DNA of 63,307 bases, filler included, from Craspedostauros australis (GCA_030167865.1; 11 parts of 11 records of this genome joined end to end with filler, not necessarily neighbours in it), one strand, 5' to 3'; positions 13,355 to 25,148 are shown, numbered from the whole stretch's first letter. A program made the numbers and translations. Notes: generated by a model not told the origin, from the letters alone.

Positions 13355-14773
13355 ATGTCAAAACGCCCTCGTGTCAACTCCATCTCCAGCTCGTCAGAGC
13401 CTGGCTTTCAATACGAAGAACGCACTATCGGAGAACGCACTATCGATCAGGGCGTGAAGGTTGTGCACGTCAACAAGCGAGCAAAGAGGGCAGATTGCAG
13501 TGATGACAACAACGACAACGACAAGGACTGCGACAACGATAACGACAACGACCATGAGAAAGATGTGATCGTTGTCAAGTTCCATCAGTTCTCAAACATC
13601 GATTTCAAGGCAAAACAACGCACATACATATCCTCTCCTGCCTTCGAGTGCGGTGGTGTGCGATGGAACTTGAAGCTCACTTCCTCAACGGACAGCACAC
13701 TGTCAGGAGAAGGGCCCAACTCATCCCAAACCTACCATCTTGGAGTGTACCTGTTTCTTGACGACGCGCCATGGCTATTGGGAGAAGAGTATGCTGTCAT
13801 CAGTACAATATCGATCCCCAAGCTTGCCATCTCTGATCGCGGGGAAGGGCCAGACTTGTATCGTGTGGATACCAATGGTGCATGGGGAAGCGACGATTGC
13901 ACGACCGTGAACAAAGTGCTCGATGATGGGCTCGATGACGACACCCTCTCTGTGCACGTCAAGTTCCATCAACTTCAACACATCCACAATCGCTGGACAC
14001 CATCCCTCGCCTTCAACAGGGACAGGCTCAAGATGCTTCGGACCGAGACGCATGCCGACATCACCTTTGTGGTCGGCACCGGTGATGAACAGCAACGCAT
14101 CAAGGCCAACACCATGTTCATACTGGTGGGAAATCCAGCCATGCGATTGATCATGGCTGGAGCCACACCCGTGGAAACTACGTCTGCACCCGCGACAGCT
14201 GTTGGTGGCAGCATTGGCGATGAAAAGTGCATCTCGCTGCCAGAAACCAATCCACGCCACTTTCGATCCATGCTCCGATTCATCTATGCGGATGATGTAT
14301 CCTTCATCACAGATGATACCACACAAGCCGAGCTGCGAGATCTGTTGCTTGTCGCCCATCTCTTCGGTTGCTGGAAGCTCAAGATCGTGGTGGAGACGAG
14401 ACTCGCAGCAAAGTATCTGGATGTGGCTTCATGTGTCGATCTGCTGGTGTTCGCAGATGCGCACAGGTGCTGTGTGTTGGAGGAAGAGTGTGTCAAGGTG
14501 GTCCTCAAGAACTTGACTGAGGTGTTCCAGCGTGGCCATCACATCCAGCTGGCCAGATCAGGCGAGTTGATGAAGAAGATAGCTGAGAGTCCCGGTCACA
14601 AGCGCAGCAGCGGAGACGACAGGTTCGATGGAATGCGAATCGATGAGCTGTACAGGTGGTTGGATGAGAGGGAGGATGTGGTGTTGGAGGGGGATATGGG
14701 GCGGGGATGTTTGTTGGAGAGGGTTCGATCACTGGAGAGCAAGGGGCAGAGTGCGAATGGGAGAGCCGATTGA
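13355..14773 (+). CDS. MATH-BTB/POZ domain protein (SPOP-like Cullin-3 adaptor), paralogue 1
   Basis: MATH-like 'SSPAFECGGVRWNLKL...LGVYLFL'; BTB 'ADITFVVG...IKAN...FRSMLRFIYAD'; BACK-like 'CVDLLVFADAHRCCVLEEEC'. Intronless ORF; the start could alternatively be 13310. Confidence 0.88.
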   Translation: MSKRPRVNSISSSSEPGFQYEERTIGERTIDQGVKVVHVNKRAKRADCSDDNNDNDKDCDNDNDNDHEKDVIVVKFHQFSNIDFKAKQRTYISSPAFECGGVRWNLKLTSSTDSTLSGEGPNSSQTYHLGVYLFLDDAPWLLGEEYAVISTISIPKLAISDRGEGPDLYRVDTNGAWGSDDCTTVNKVLDDGLDDDTLSVHVKFHQLQHIHNRWTPSLAFNRDRLKMLRTETHADITFVVGTGDEQQRIKANTMFILVGNPAMRLIMAGATPVETTSAPATAVGGSIGDEKCISLPETNPRHFRSMLRFIYADDVSFITDDTTQAELRDLLLVAHLFGCWKLKIVVETRLAAKYLDVASCVDLLVFADAHRCCVLEEECVKVVLKNLTEVFQRGHHIQLARSGELMKKIAESPGHKRSSGDDRFDGMRIDELYRWLDEREDVVLEGDMGRGCLLERVRSLESKGQSANGRAD

Positions 14774-16647
14774 TTGGATGTGCCAAGAATGAGATGGGGA
14801 TGTAGAGGAGAGTGAGGAGCAGAGCGAAGTAGGTGATGAAGTGGGCAATGGGGTAAGAGTGCGCACTTCACACAATGCAGATACACAAGCATTGATAAGC
14901 GTGAGTACTGTGCGTTGGGATGTATCATACCTGTAGAGCATACTGGGTTATTCTCTTGTTGTCTGCTCAATCCGAGACGAGGACATGCATCAACCAATGG
15001 CTGTGTCAACCAATGGTTGTGTCAATGGGTTGCTCGCGCCTGAAGACGTCGTCGTTGTGGAGCACAGAAGATGGTCCAGATCTTTACTCCTGCAGGCATG
15101 GGCCCCGGCAGCAACCATCATGTCCGACTCACGCTCGCAGAGATCTGATACAACTAGATGTATTATATAATACTGTACTATTATATAATATGATATGATC
15201 TATAGTTGTCAAACTGAATGTCTCTGGACAGGGGATGCAGTGCACAAGAGTGCGTCGCAGCGATTTCGGAAGGTGGCACATTTGAACTTGTTAGTTAGGA
15301 TTCGGGCGTAGTCGGCGCGAATCGGTGGGGGATGCCTCGTGAATCTGCTGGGTTCGAGATAGCCGTGTAATGCAGTTCAAGAGAGGTGTACTGATTGAAG
15401 AGTTGTTACTGTAACAATGAGTAGAAGAGTGCTTTGTAGCTAATCCTTGTCTGTTTATTATGAGTTAGCTTGTAGTGTTAGTAGGGTGAAGAAACAATGC
15501 CACACAACTTGGCAAGACCCTGCACTGATGTACTTGGTTCAGTGCTTGAGGGTAGACAATCATTACAGTGCCTTGCTCTCCATACATGTAGATACACTGT
15601 AGTGTAGGTCATGACACTCAATAGTGACAGTCATGAAGCAGTGGCTGTGGCTGGAGCTTGCCCTTGGATTCCATTGCTCAAGTTGAAGCGGATTGGATAC
15701 ACGCGTCAAGAGTACAGCAATGGTGCAGTAGTCATTATCATGGAGGGAATCGAGGTGTGTTGTAGTCAAAGGATCTGAGGAGCATATAGTTCCCAAGGTG
15801 AGGTGTGAGTCAGATCGGTCATGTTTGAGTCATGATGGACTTGTGAATGGAGGAGAGAAAGGAGGAGAAAAGACTTGGTGGTCGATCAAGTCGGAAGATT
15901 TCGCGCCAAAACAAGAATTTCTCCCATCGGGGTCGATACCGTGTCCGGTAATAGTCTGTCCCTTATTCAATCTCAGCACCAGCCGTTGAATCAAATCTGT
16001 GGATGACAGGCATGTCCTTGCTCCGTCCGGTGTCTGTCCCGGTAGCATTGTTCCGATCAGAGTCAACCACACCAACAGAGGAGCTGAGGGGTCGCACGTT
16101 CGACCAACATCGAAGAAATGAAAGGAATCAGTTGGACATTGCAGCCACCGGATACATGAAATTAAAGACCGTAGATTGTTCCTTGGCAGTTACATTGCGC
16201 GAAACAGTTGGGAGAGGCAGCTTCCTATTCATAATCGCTCTCCAAACAACAACAAGCAAAAGTAGAGAGTGTCTGGGATAGAATGCACACAAAAGCACGC
16301 GATATTGTGTGGAGCAACAAACAACACGAAGAACCGGGTGGTGGTTTGAGAACCCAAAACAACATGAAGAAACACGCGATGTGGGAAGGGTGTTGTTTGC
16401 CATTTGGTCGCACAACCCTACCACGATAAAACGTCGCGACAAATCGTCGCGGTATGTTTCGTTTGTGTCAGGACGCACCAGTTCACGCACACCGCTAGTA
16501 GAAGTGTGCGACCTGACACAAGGGGTCCTCCATCGTGGGGAAAAATCATAATGGATATCCTTCGTCTGCCTCCCTTCCAGGCATCCGTCTCTTCCTCCAT
16601 CCCTCACTTACTCTCATTCTCGCTTCAGAACCACATCATCTTCGACG

Positions 16648-17940
16648 ATGTCTCAACCACTCAACAACAACGAGACCGTGAAGGTCGTTCACGTCAACAA
16701 GCAGGGAAAGAACGAGAATGACGACAACAACGACGATGATCATGAGAAACACTTGATTGTCGTGAAGTTCCATCAGTTCTCTGAGATCAACTACAAGAAA
16801 GACACAGACAAGTACTCTCCTGTCTTTGAGCGTGGCGGTGCTCGGTGGAAGTTGCTACTACGATTCTCAAAACAAGGTGCACAGTCAGGGGAAGGCTCTG
16901 ACTCACCTCTAGGATATTGTCTTGGGGTGTATCTTTGTCTCGACGAAGCGCCATGGTTGTTGGGTGAAGAGTACTCTGTGAAGTACACAGCCTCGATTCC
17001 CAAGTTGGGTATCACCAACACCATGGGAGAAAAAACATATCCACATCGTGCGGACAATTATGCCGGATGGGGATGGACTAGAGTTGCGACCATGAAACAG
17101 GTGCTCGACCATGGACTCGATGATGACACCCTCTCTGTCCACATCAAGTTCGATCACCTCCAACACATCAGCAAGCGCTGGACTCCATCCCTCAGTTTCA
17201 ACAAAGAACGGCTCAAGATGATTCGTACAGGAACTCTCGCCGACATCACCTTCGTTGTTGGCACCGGCGATCAGCAACAACGCATCAAGGCGAATACCAT
17301 GTTCGTGTTAGCAGGAGCACCAGCCATGAGGTCATTCATTGATGAAGCTACAACTGTCGAGGAGGAAGATGGTGATGGAAAGTCCATCTCGTTTCCAACG
17401 ATCGACCCTGACCATTTCCGATTCATGCTTCGTTTCATCTACGCTGATGACACATCCTTCCTCACAGATGACACGACCCAACGTCAATTGCAAGATCTGC
17501 TGATCGTCGCCAACCGCTTCGGTTGTTGGAAGCTCAAGATCTTGCTGGAGACGAAGATGACAGCGAAGCATCTCCACCTGTCATCATGCGTCGATCTTCT
17601 GTTGTTCGCAGATGCGAATAGCTGCTATGTGCTGAAAGAAGAGTGCATCAAGGTGGTTAGGAAGAATATTGCCAAAGTGTGGCAGCAACGTGAGGTCGGT
17701 CAACTAATCGAGTCTGTTCAGTTGATGAAGGAAGTCCACAAGGCCGGAAGGGACCCCTTGTTCATGTACGGGGGGCACAGTTGCGCTGAATTCAACAAAA
17801 TGCGGATCGATGAGCTGTACGAATGGTTGGAGAAAAGAGATGATGTGATGTTGGAAGAGGACATGGACCGGTCCTCTCTGTTGAAGAAGATTCGATCATT
17901 GGAGACCAAGCAGCAGAACGGCAATAGCGAAGCCAATTGA
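16648..17940 (+). CDS. MATH-BTB/POZ domain protein, paralogue 2
   Basis: Colinear with paralogue 1 (for example 'LDDDTLSVH', 'ADITFVVGTGD', 'MLRFIYADD'); 3' flanks are also homologous. Confidence 0.9.
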   Translation: MSQPLNNNETVKVVHVNKQGKNENDDNNDDDHEKHLIVVKFHQFSEINYKKDTDKYSPVFERGGARWKLLLRFSKQGAQSGEGSDSPLGYCLGVYLCLDEAPWLLGEEYSVKYTASIPKLGITNTMGEKTYPHRADNYAGWGWTRVATMKQVLDHGLDDDTLSVHIKFDHLQHISKRWTPSLSFNKERLKMIRTGTLADITFVVGTGDQQQRIKANTMFVLAGAPAMRSFIDEATTVEEEDGDGKSISFPTIDPDHFRFMLRFIYADDTSFLTDDTTQRQLQDLLIVANRFGCWKLKILLETKMTAKHLHLSSCVDLLLFADANSCYVLKEECIKVVRKNIAKVWQQREVGQLIESVQLMKEVHKAGRDPLFMYGGHSCAEFNKMRIDELYEWLEKRDDVMLEEDMDRSSLLKKIRSLETKQQNGNSEAN

Positions 17941-18634
17941 TTGGATGTGGCAAGGACGAGATTGGGATGAGGTGGGTGATAAAATAGGAACGTACACTCC
18001 ACGACGCACTCCACGACATGCTGGCATTGATAAGCATTGATAAGCTTGAGCACCTTGAGGCACCAATCCAGCATGGAGTGGAGTGTTGGTACTTTGCTCT
18101 GTTCTCTGTTCATTCTGAAGCAGGAGCATGGACGACTCAGTGGTTATGTCAGAGGCTTGCTCGCAGTTGAAGATGTTGTTGTTGTGGAGCACAGAAGATG
18201 AGCCAGATCCTTCCTCCTCCATGCATGGGCCCCAACAGCAACCATCGTGGCCGACTCACGCTCGCAGAGATCTGATAGATGTACTATTCTATTCTACGAT
18301 CTACTATGTAGAACTGAGTGTCCCAGGACAGGGGATGTAGTACACACAGAGCGCATCGTGACGGTTTTGGATTGTGGCACATTTGAACTTGTTCTCCAAA
18401 CGTCTTTAACGGCTGGATCTGTTGTGTTCTGAATTGCCCCAACAAACAACAACCAACACAGTCGCTCTGGGGCTTCCGGTAAAACGGACTATCGGACTAA
18501 CGAACAGCATCACTATTTGGTTAACGGACAATCTTAGTCGTGAATGAGAAATTCTTAGTCCTGGTTGGAATGTCGTACTTGACATTTATTGTTTTATCAA
18601 TACGTGATTGAACTGTCTCTAGCCTACAGCGAAA

Positions 18635-19085
18635 AAAAGATGCCCTAAAATAGGGCACCTTTTTAAAAGATGCCCTATTTAGGGCACGTTTTGAAAAGGT
18701 GCCCTATTTAAGGCACGTTTTGAAAAGATGCCCTATATAAGGCACGTTTTGAAAAGGTGCCCTATATAAGGCACGTTTTGTTTCACAATAGCCCAGCCAC
18801 GATGGGCACATTCCACAAACCCATCAACGGGGAACGATGTGGACGTCACTGAATGACGAATCAGAACACTAATACTTATCGTCATCTTGGCGTGACATGC
18901 CTTTGATAATCCTCTGTCGTCGCGTTGTTGCGCGGGATTTGCTCTTGCTCTTTCTGTCGTCCAATCGGCTGCGAACAGCGACGTGTGGATGAGGGAGAAA
19001 AGGTGCCCTATTTAGGGCACGTTTTGAAAAGATGCCCTAATTTAAGGCACGTTTTGAAAAGGTGCCCTATTTTAGGGCATCTTTT
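18635..19085. mobile_element. MITE/foldback-like element with palindromic ~29-30-bp terminal tandem repeats
   Basis: Perfect 29-bp terminal inverted repeat AAAAGATGCCCTAAAATAGGGCACCTTTT / AAAAGGTGCCCTATTTTAGGGCATCTTTT; 5 units at the left end and 3 at the right around a unique ~220-bp core. Confidence 0.7.
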
Positions 19086-19403
19086 GACATCGCACAAATA
19101 CGAGTCGCGAGTGGCGACGACAGTGTCTGAAGGACATGGCAACCAAGACTAATAAAATCTCATTCACGACTAACATTGTTCGTAAGTCCGTTAAAATGCA
19201 CCCGAACCACCATGTCCGGCAGTTTACCGGAAGCCCCTGTTGTGATGTGTCACCATGATCCTCATCTGCGATCTGCACAACACATGGCAGACAACAACGG
19301 AGACAACTTGCTGGATCGTCGCAATCAGAGCAAACGTCCGCGGATCCATGGCATAGTAGTACGACTACGACTACGAGCACGTACGGAGAGGCCACTTCAG
19401 AGA

Positions 19404-20201
19404 TGTCGAGATGTACATGTGAGTATATGTCAAGATGTACGTGTATATGTGCATCGTTCACCCACTATTCTCTCATACGCACTTGGACGGTATAACTACA
19501 CTCGTGTCGATAGTATNCTGTGATTCGTCAGAATTACAGGGGAAATGGAACACACGAAAAGGGGCAAGATTTCTGGAGGAAATTTGCAAATAACGATTTC
19601 TGAGAGAATTAGAAGATCGTCCGTCCATCCATCAATGGTACCAAGAGAATCTCGAGGTACTTCCCAACTAAACCTCAGATGACAATATGATCTGACAGAC
19701 TGCTGCATCACCAATGGAACGTGACATCTGGAGAGCAGAAGGACGCCTACTGACGTTGACAGGATGTCATCATNNNNNNNNNNNNNNNNNNNNNNNNNNN
19801 NNNNNNNNNNNNNNNNNNNNNNNNNNNNNNNNNNNNNNNNNNNAGATCATGGATACTGAAGGTGAACTTCAAATGGTAAGTACTCATGGAGTAGAAGCCA
19901 GTACTGAATGAACAGAGTGTCGGATGCGGAGTACGCATCGAACACGGAGTATCGTGTAGCACGAGCGCACGATGTTGAGAGAGAGAGAGAATACAGAGAG
20001 GAGCGAGAGAGCATCTCGCGTACCGACTCATAGTCGGAGACTGAATCTACAAAACAGATTGAAGCGCCGAGAGCATCGGGCAAGACAACTGGTGTACACC
20101 GAGAGGATCGGAGTAACCAACTAATGAAATAGCAAACGAACGACTATCAACCACCACCATCTTCCACGATCGTAGGTTACCGTGAGCGGAACTTGCCAAC
20201 A
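19404..20201 (+). mobile_element. Copia-type LTR (family A), apparently solo
   Basis: TGTCGAGATG...GCCAACA; homologous to 5980-6774 (minus strand) and 8811-9054. Confidence 0.82.
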
Positions 20202-22240
20202 ATCTTTCCGCAGTCTCCCATGACGTCAAGGGAAGCCATGTCCTCGTTGTTTCAATGCAATGGGATGAGATGACACTCTGCCATTGTCGCCTCGTCCGCA
20301 TTCGAGGATGTCTGCATGATGTGGTGATGTGGTGGTGATACGGTGATTTGGTATTGCCATCCTGTTCAGAACATCGCCGTGCTTTCACATTGCGCGCCAA
20401 TTCTAACACAAGAATGATTGCTCTTCTTGTCTTTGAATGACACATCTCACATCACATCATCTCATACTGCTCCACTCTATTCTCATGCAATGGGATACCG
20501 CCACCACCATTGTCACCACTCTTACATTGCAGCAACAGTGGCAATGTAAGAATAAAATGCATTCAACCTCTACCAAATATATCCACATCCAGTAATCACG
20601 ACGACGACGCAGCGGCTGCACCCGTCAATGTCAATGTCATTGTCACCATCTTCTCTTCGCGAATTCCACACGCATCTGATGGTTTGCAAGGAGATCACAT
20701 GGCGGATGATGACAGCTGCATGCCGCATCGCATGCCGCGCATCCGCCCAAATACAGCAATGGGATTGGCAGTAGCGGCAACATCAGGAACTGCAAGAAGA
20801 AGAGCACCAACAACAGCGGCGCGGCCCCATTAACAAGCTGCATATCACACACACAGCACAAGCAGATCGATCTACTCCTACTTTGCACATCAATCAACAC
20901 CAACTGCTGTTCAGATGCCTGCGTTGATTCAAATATCATCCCAATCCATGGAATCATAGTCCTGCATCAATGGTCAACGTCAATGGTGACACTCACAATC
21001 CACTTTGTTATGCCACAGCTGCCTCCTTGCTGAGATCGAGAGCTGTGGATCTCACATCGTCTCCATCGACTTCAGCAGGTCCGTATACTCTGCCCACATT
21101 CGAGTGGTGCACGCACATCTCTCAACTGCACCATCAAACCAGTTGTCGACAGCAGCATCAATCCCACTGGTGTGGCCGTCTTTGTGAACTGCGGCATGCA
21201 GTGGGTCGCCATCTGAAGCTCGATGTCGCCTCGCACATCACCCCAGATGAGTACTCGTATTCCATATCACTTTTACGCGCTCACCTCCGCACATCATTAT
21301 CTTCCGCTGCCACCGACCTCGAGATGCACTCCGTACATACTCGGCAAGCATGACTACGATCGTATATGGAAACACCGTGCTCGTCGCTTCGTCAATGTTT
21401 CGCATGAGCGCAGTCAGCAACGACAATGACTTCGACTTTGATGTGTTGTGGCTCAAATGATTGGCTGGGAGGGAATGATTGTGGACGCTGCTCGCCATTT
21501 CTCACAACACTCTGCTGCTGCGGTCCACTGTTCCTCTTTTCTGTCACACCATCTCATTTGGAATTTCGCATCTATGTGCCTGCCCTCCTTGTATACCATC
21601 CTATCCTTGCATGTCACAATGCGCAACCAGACATCATTGTCAACAACAGCAGAACAGAACAGTGCAGCACTGGGCAGAGAAGAGCGGGACAGGACAGGGC
21701 ATGACATGTTGCAACATAATAGCAAAATGCATGTTATCCATTCTCCACTCTCCTCTCATTGACTCCAGATTACTCCATTGCAGTCGCTGAAGAGTCACCA
21801 ACACAACAACAACAACAACAATCACCTTCCTCATTGTTCCATGACCAGATCTCCAAAACAGTGACGCTGCTGGTAACGTTGCACAAACGAAGCAGCCACA
21901 GCCAACATTCCTCTGGCCTCATGCTGCAGCATGTTTTCCAGTCCATCCCAGCACGGTCGTTGAAAGGCTGTAACGTCGACGCCACGCAAAACATGCACTT
22001 TTCTTTTCACCCAAGGTGAGTTGCTGAAGCTGGTTTCTCTCGTTGCATATCGATCGTTTCGCCATTGTGCCACCTGATTCGCTACAGTGTTGCTTTCCTC
22101 GGCTCCAGGTATTACCTCTGCTCCAAAATTTCCACTTGGTCTGGCTTTGCTCCATCGCTCCTTCACACAAGGCGACACGTTGTCAGTGTACTGCACCGAA
22201 CTCGTACGTCACATCACAATTCACGAATATACTATTTTGC

Positions 22241-23905
22241 TTAAATATCTCCCTCTGTTTCTTCTTCCACATCAACGCCGATCAAATCAATGATCTCTGC
22301 TGATCCAGGATTGTTATCCATGGCATCATCCATCTTTGCTGTCTCATTGTGATGGAAAGGAGGATCGTCAGTTGAGAGACCAATCGTTTTCGCGCTGGTC
22401 TGATTGACAGCAGCATTGGAATGCACCTCCCGGGTAAGGACAGCAGCTGGGTTTGATGAGTGAAACTTAGATGCATCGATTACCACCTTCAGCCACTCGC
22501 GTTGTCTCAGCATCTTCCACTGTGCTGTGCTCAATTTCGCGAAATTGTACTGTTTGTCTCCAACTGAGATGAAGCCAATGTTTCGCTCACGTGCTCGACT
22601 GGATAAGTGTTGGTGGAACAGGTCAAGGCTGGTTGAATTGGACGCATCATATCGTTGTCTTGGCCTTGGTACTTGGCGAGCCTCCTTTGATGGCTGTTGA
22701 GGAAGGAGGAAGTAGCGCAGGAAATGTGGAGACACATTGATTGAGTGGTTGGAGATCAGCATTTCCCTTTTCAACTCACCAGCTCCAATCATGAGTTTGA
22801 TGATATTGCCAATTCTTCTTGGATGGCTGCATTGCTTTGACGTGTACAGCTCTGTGCATTGCAGCACCTGTTTGTGAAGGTGGCCACTGGCCTCAAGCCG
22901 AAGGCCAGCTTCTTCAAACACCACATTGGTCCGCCAGGAGTTGCCCTGTGCGCGCCACCAATCGTCCAATTGCCAAGAGGAATCAATTTCGTTGCAAATT
23001 GCAACAGCCTCCTTGTATACGCCGTTGCTGTAGGACACCCCACAAGATGGGTGCTGTCGAGTGATTGGTTGCAGCATGTTGTGTAGATTCCGATGCAGTT
23101 GCAACACAGTCAGATGCAAAGTGTCCTTTGCGTGCCCCTTGTACTGCTTGATGGTGTTCGACACGTCCCTGTAGTACCATCTCATGCATTCAGAGTTGGT
23201 GGCGAAGTCTCCCAGAATTGTTGCATTTGCTTGGCCGACAGAAACTGGCTTCCCAGCCAGAATGGCATCGCATATGGCTGTGTTTATTGCACCAGCTAGT
23301 CCGGAATGCGCAGAGAAGTACTGCTTGGGGTAGCCTGCGCTCAGACAAAGGTGCCCAAGGAACTTGCATATTGCATTGGGCGACTGGATGCAGAATGTAT
23401 TCCCTTTCTGTGTCCAATCCACGTTGTGGCGACATCTCCAAAATTGTTCAAATGCAGTTGATGCCTCCTGCGACAATATGACGTGCCTGTAGTCAAGGCG
23501 GCTTTCTCCAACCTTCACATTTGGATATGTGATGGTCCATCGGCCTGTCAAGTGATCTTTCCTGGGAGCCTTCTGACTTGGTTGACAAAATGCGACGCTC
23601 CTGGCTCCAGTCTCGAACATAGTGTAGAGCAGGGCGATGTTCCTGTACGTTTCTGGATTGGGTGCAGCGCACTTCTGAAATCTGCGAATGTCAGCCAGCA
23701 TGATCGGTTCCGCCCGGAGCACGTCCTGTGAGCTGTTCATTTGGACGCCCCTGAGGTTCAGTTCGATCTGAGCGTAAGTGTGCGATTTCAATCTCACTGC
23801 TCCAATTCCTTTTGCGTAGGCGATGTCTCTCCAAGACGGGAATCGCCGAATTAACTCGTCATAGGCCCAACACACCTTGACATGGGCACAAGTCAGCCAT
23901 TTCAT
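22241..23905 (-). CDS. Tyrosine recombinase (phage-integrase fold) with long C-terminal extension; Crypton-like, probably catalytically impaired and 5'-truncated
   Basis: Box I 'RNIALLYTMFETGARS', catalytic-Lys region 'YPNVKVG', box II 'GYPKQYFSAHSGLAG', then 'LGDF...SECMRWY' with the putative nucleophile Tyr. 554 codons are open. Confidence 0.8.
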   Translation of the reverse strand: MKWLTCAHVKVCWAYDELIRRFPSWRDIAYAKGIGAVRLKSHTYAQIELNLRGVQMNSSQDVLRAEPIMLADIRRFQKCAAPNPETYRNIALLYTMFETGARSVAFCQPSQKAPRKDHLTGRWTITYPNVKVGESRLDYRHVILSQEASTAFEQFWRCRHNVDWTQKGNTFCIQSPNAICKFLGHLCLSAGYPKQYFSAHSGLAGAINTAICDAILAGKPVSVGQANATILGDFATNSECMRWYYRDVSNTIKQYKGHAKDTLHLTVLQLHRNLHNMLQPITRQHPSCGVSYSNGVYKEAVAICNEIDSSWQLDDWWRAQGNSWRTNVVFEEAGLRLEASGHLHKQVLQCTELYTSKQCSHPRRIGNIIKLMIGAGELKREMLISNHSINVSPHFLRYFLLPQQPSKEARQVPRPRQRYDASNSTSLDLFHQHLSSRARERNIGFISVGDKQYNFAKLSTAQWKMLRQREWLKVVIDASKFHSSNPAAVLTREVHSNAAVNQTSAKTIGLSTDDPPFHHNETAKMDDAMDNNPGSAEIIDLIGVDVEEETEGDI

Positions 23906-24406
23906 GGGACTTGTGCCATCCTCCTGTAGTTGGAATGTGTTAACAATAGTTCATTTGATGTTGACAGATAGTTCATTGTGTGTTGACTGTTGTATCACGG
24001 TCTCACATGTTGTCGTGTGTTGTGGCTGGTTGTACCATGTGGCAGTGTGTGTGTGTGAGCACGTGGATGTGTGAGTATCACAGTTGATGGTGTTGACTTC
24101 CCCCTCCTCTCCCACAAGCCAGCCATTTCATGGGACTTGTGCCATCCTCCTGTAGTTGGAATGGTGTTGACTTCCCCCTCCTCCCCCACAAGTCAGCCAT
24201 TTCATGGGACTTGTGCCATCCTCCTGTAGTTGGAATGTGTTAACAATAGTTCATTTGATGTTGACTGTTGCATCGTGGTCTCACGTGTTGCTGTGTGTTG
24301 TGGCTGGTTGTACTGTGTGGCAGTGTGTGTGCATGTGTGTGTGTGAGCACGTGGATGTGTGAGTATCACAGTTGATGGTGTTGACTTCCCCCTCCTCCCC
24401 CACAAG
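23887..24406. repeat. Modular tandem array (A ~74 bp, B ~21 bp, C ~110-120 bp)
   Basis: Repeated GCCATTTCATGGGACTTGTGCCATCCTCCTGTAGTTGGAATG; module junctions at TGTTRAC. Confidence 0.9.
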
Positions 24407-24759
24407 NNNNNNNNNNNNNNNNNNNNNNNNNNNNNNNNNNNNNNNNNNNNNNNNNNGTTGTTTGTGTTGTACTCATGCATCACTATCTCCATCACCAAGT
24501 TGATTCAGAGTGTGGTTCTTGTTGTCACACATGCGTATGGACATGGTGAACACGTGTATGTGCGTACATGTACATGACACTGTGTATTGCAAGTACTGGT
24601 TGATGTTGAGTACTTTGATCATCAATATCTCATGTCGTAGTGGTCCGTTGAAGGTGGTAGAGGTGTTGACGTGTACGTATGGACGTGGTGCGTGTGTGTA
24701 TACACACAGATGTACGTGAACATGTGTACATCATGGTGTAGCGTGGTGTACATGTTTAA

Positions 24760-25100
24760 CACGGTGTATCGCGTGGCTCGTACTATCACGTGTTGTTTGG
24801 GAGTTGCGGATGATGAACATTCGTCCGCACTTTCGGGGAGTTGCGGATCATCGACATTTTCCATACATTTACGTCTGTACGTCGACCGTACGTGTACGTG
24901 TGCCCATACAAACGTCTGTACGTCGACCGTCCACTGACCCAAACATCGGTCTGACCGTCGTACGTGGAGTTGCGGAACATGAACATTTTCCATACAAATA
25001 CGTCCGTCCTTCGACCGTGTGTATTGCGTGCCCATACAAAAGTCTGTACGTCGTCCGTCAATCGACCCAAACTTCGGTCTGGCCGTCGTACGTCACCGTG
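24760..25100. mobile_element. Putative piggyBac-type non-autonomous element
   Basis: TTAA|CACGGTG ... CACCGTG|TTAA; CpG-rich interior with a ~130-bp internal tandem duplication. Confidence 0.5.
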
Positions 25101-25148
25101 TTAAATCCTCGTACATTAGGGTTTGATTCGTTGCACCTGCGGAAACTA

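Noticed and set aside
15289..16077. Possible solo LTR (TGTTAG...CCAACA) where homology between the BTB paralogue flanks ends
   Set aside because: No TSD, no second copy, and the right boundary is arbitrary.
18635..19085. CRISPR array
   Set aside because: Palindromic repeats are contiguous with no unique spacers, there are no cas genes, and the context is eukaryotic.
23938..24385. Integron attC sites
   Set aside because: Cores are GTTRAC rather than GTTRRRY, with no inverse core pairing and no gene cassettes between them.
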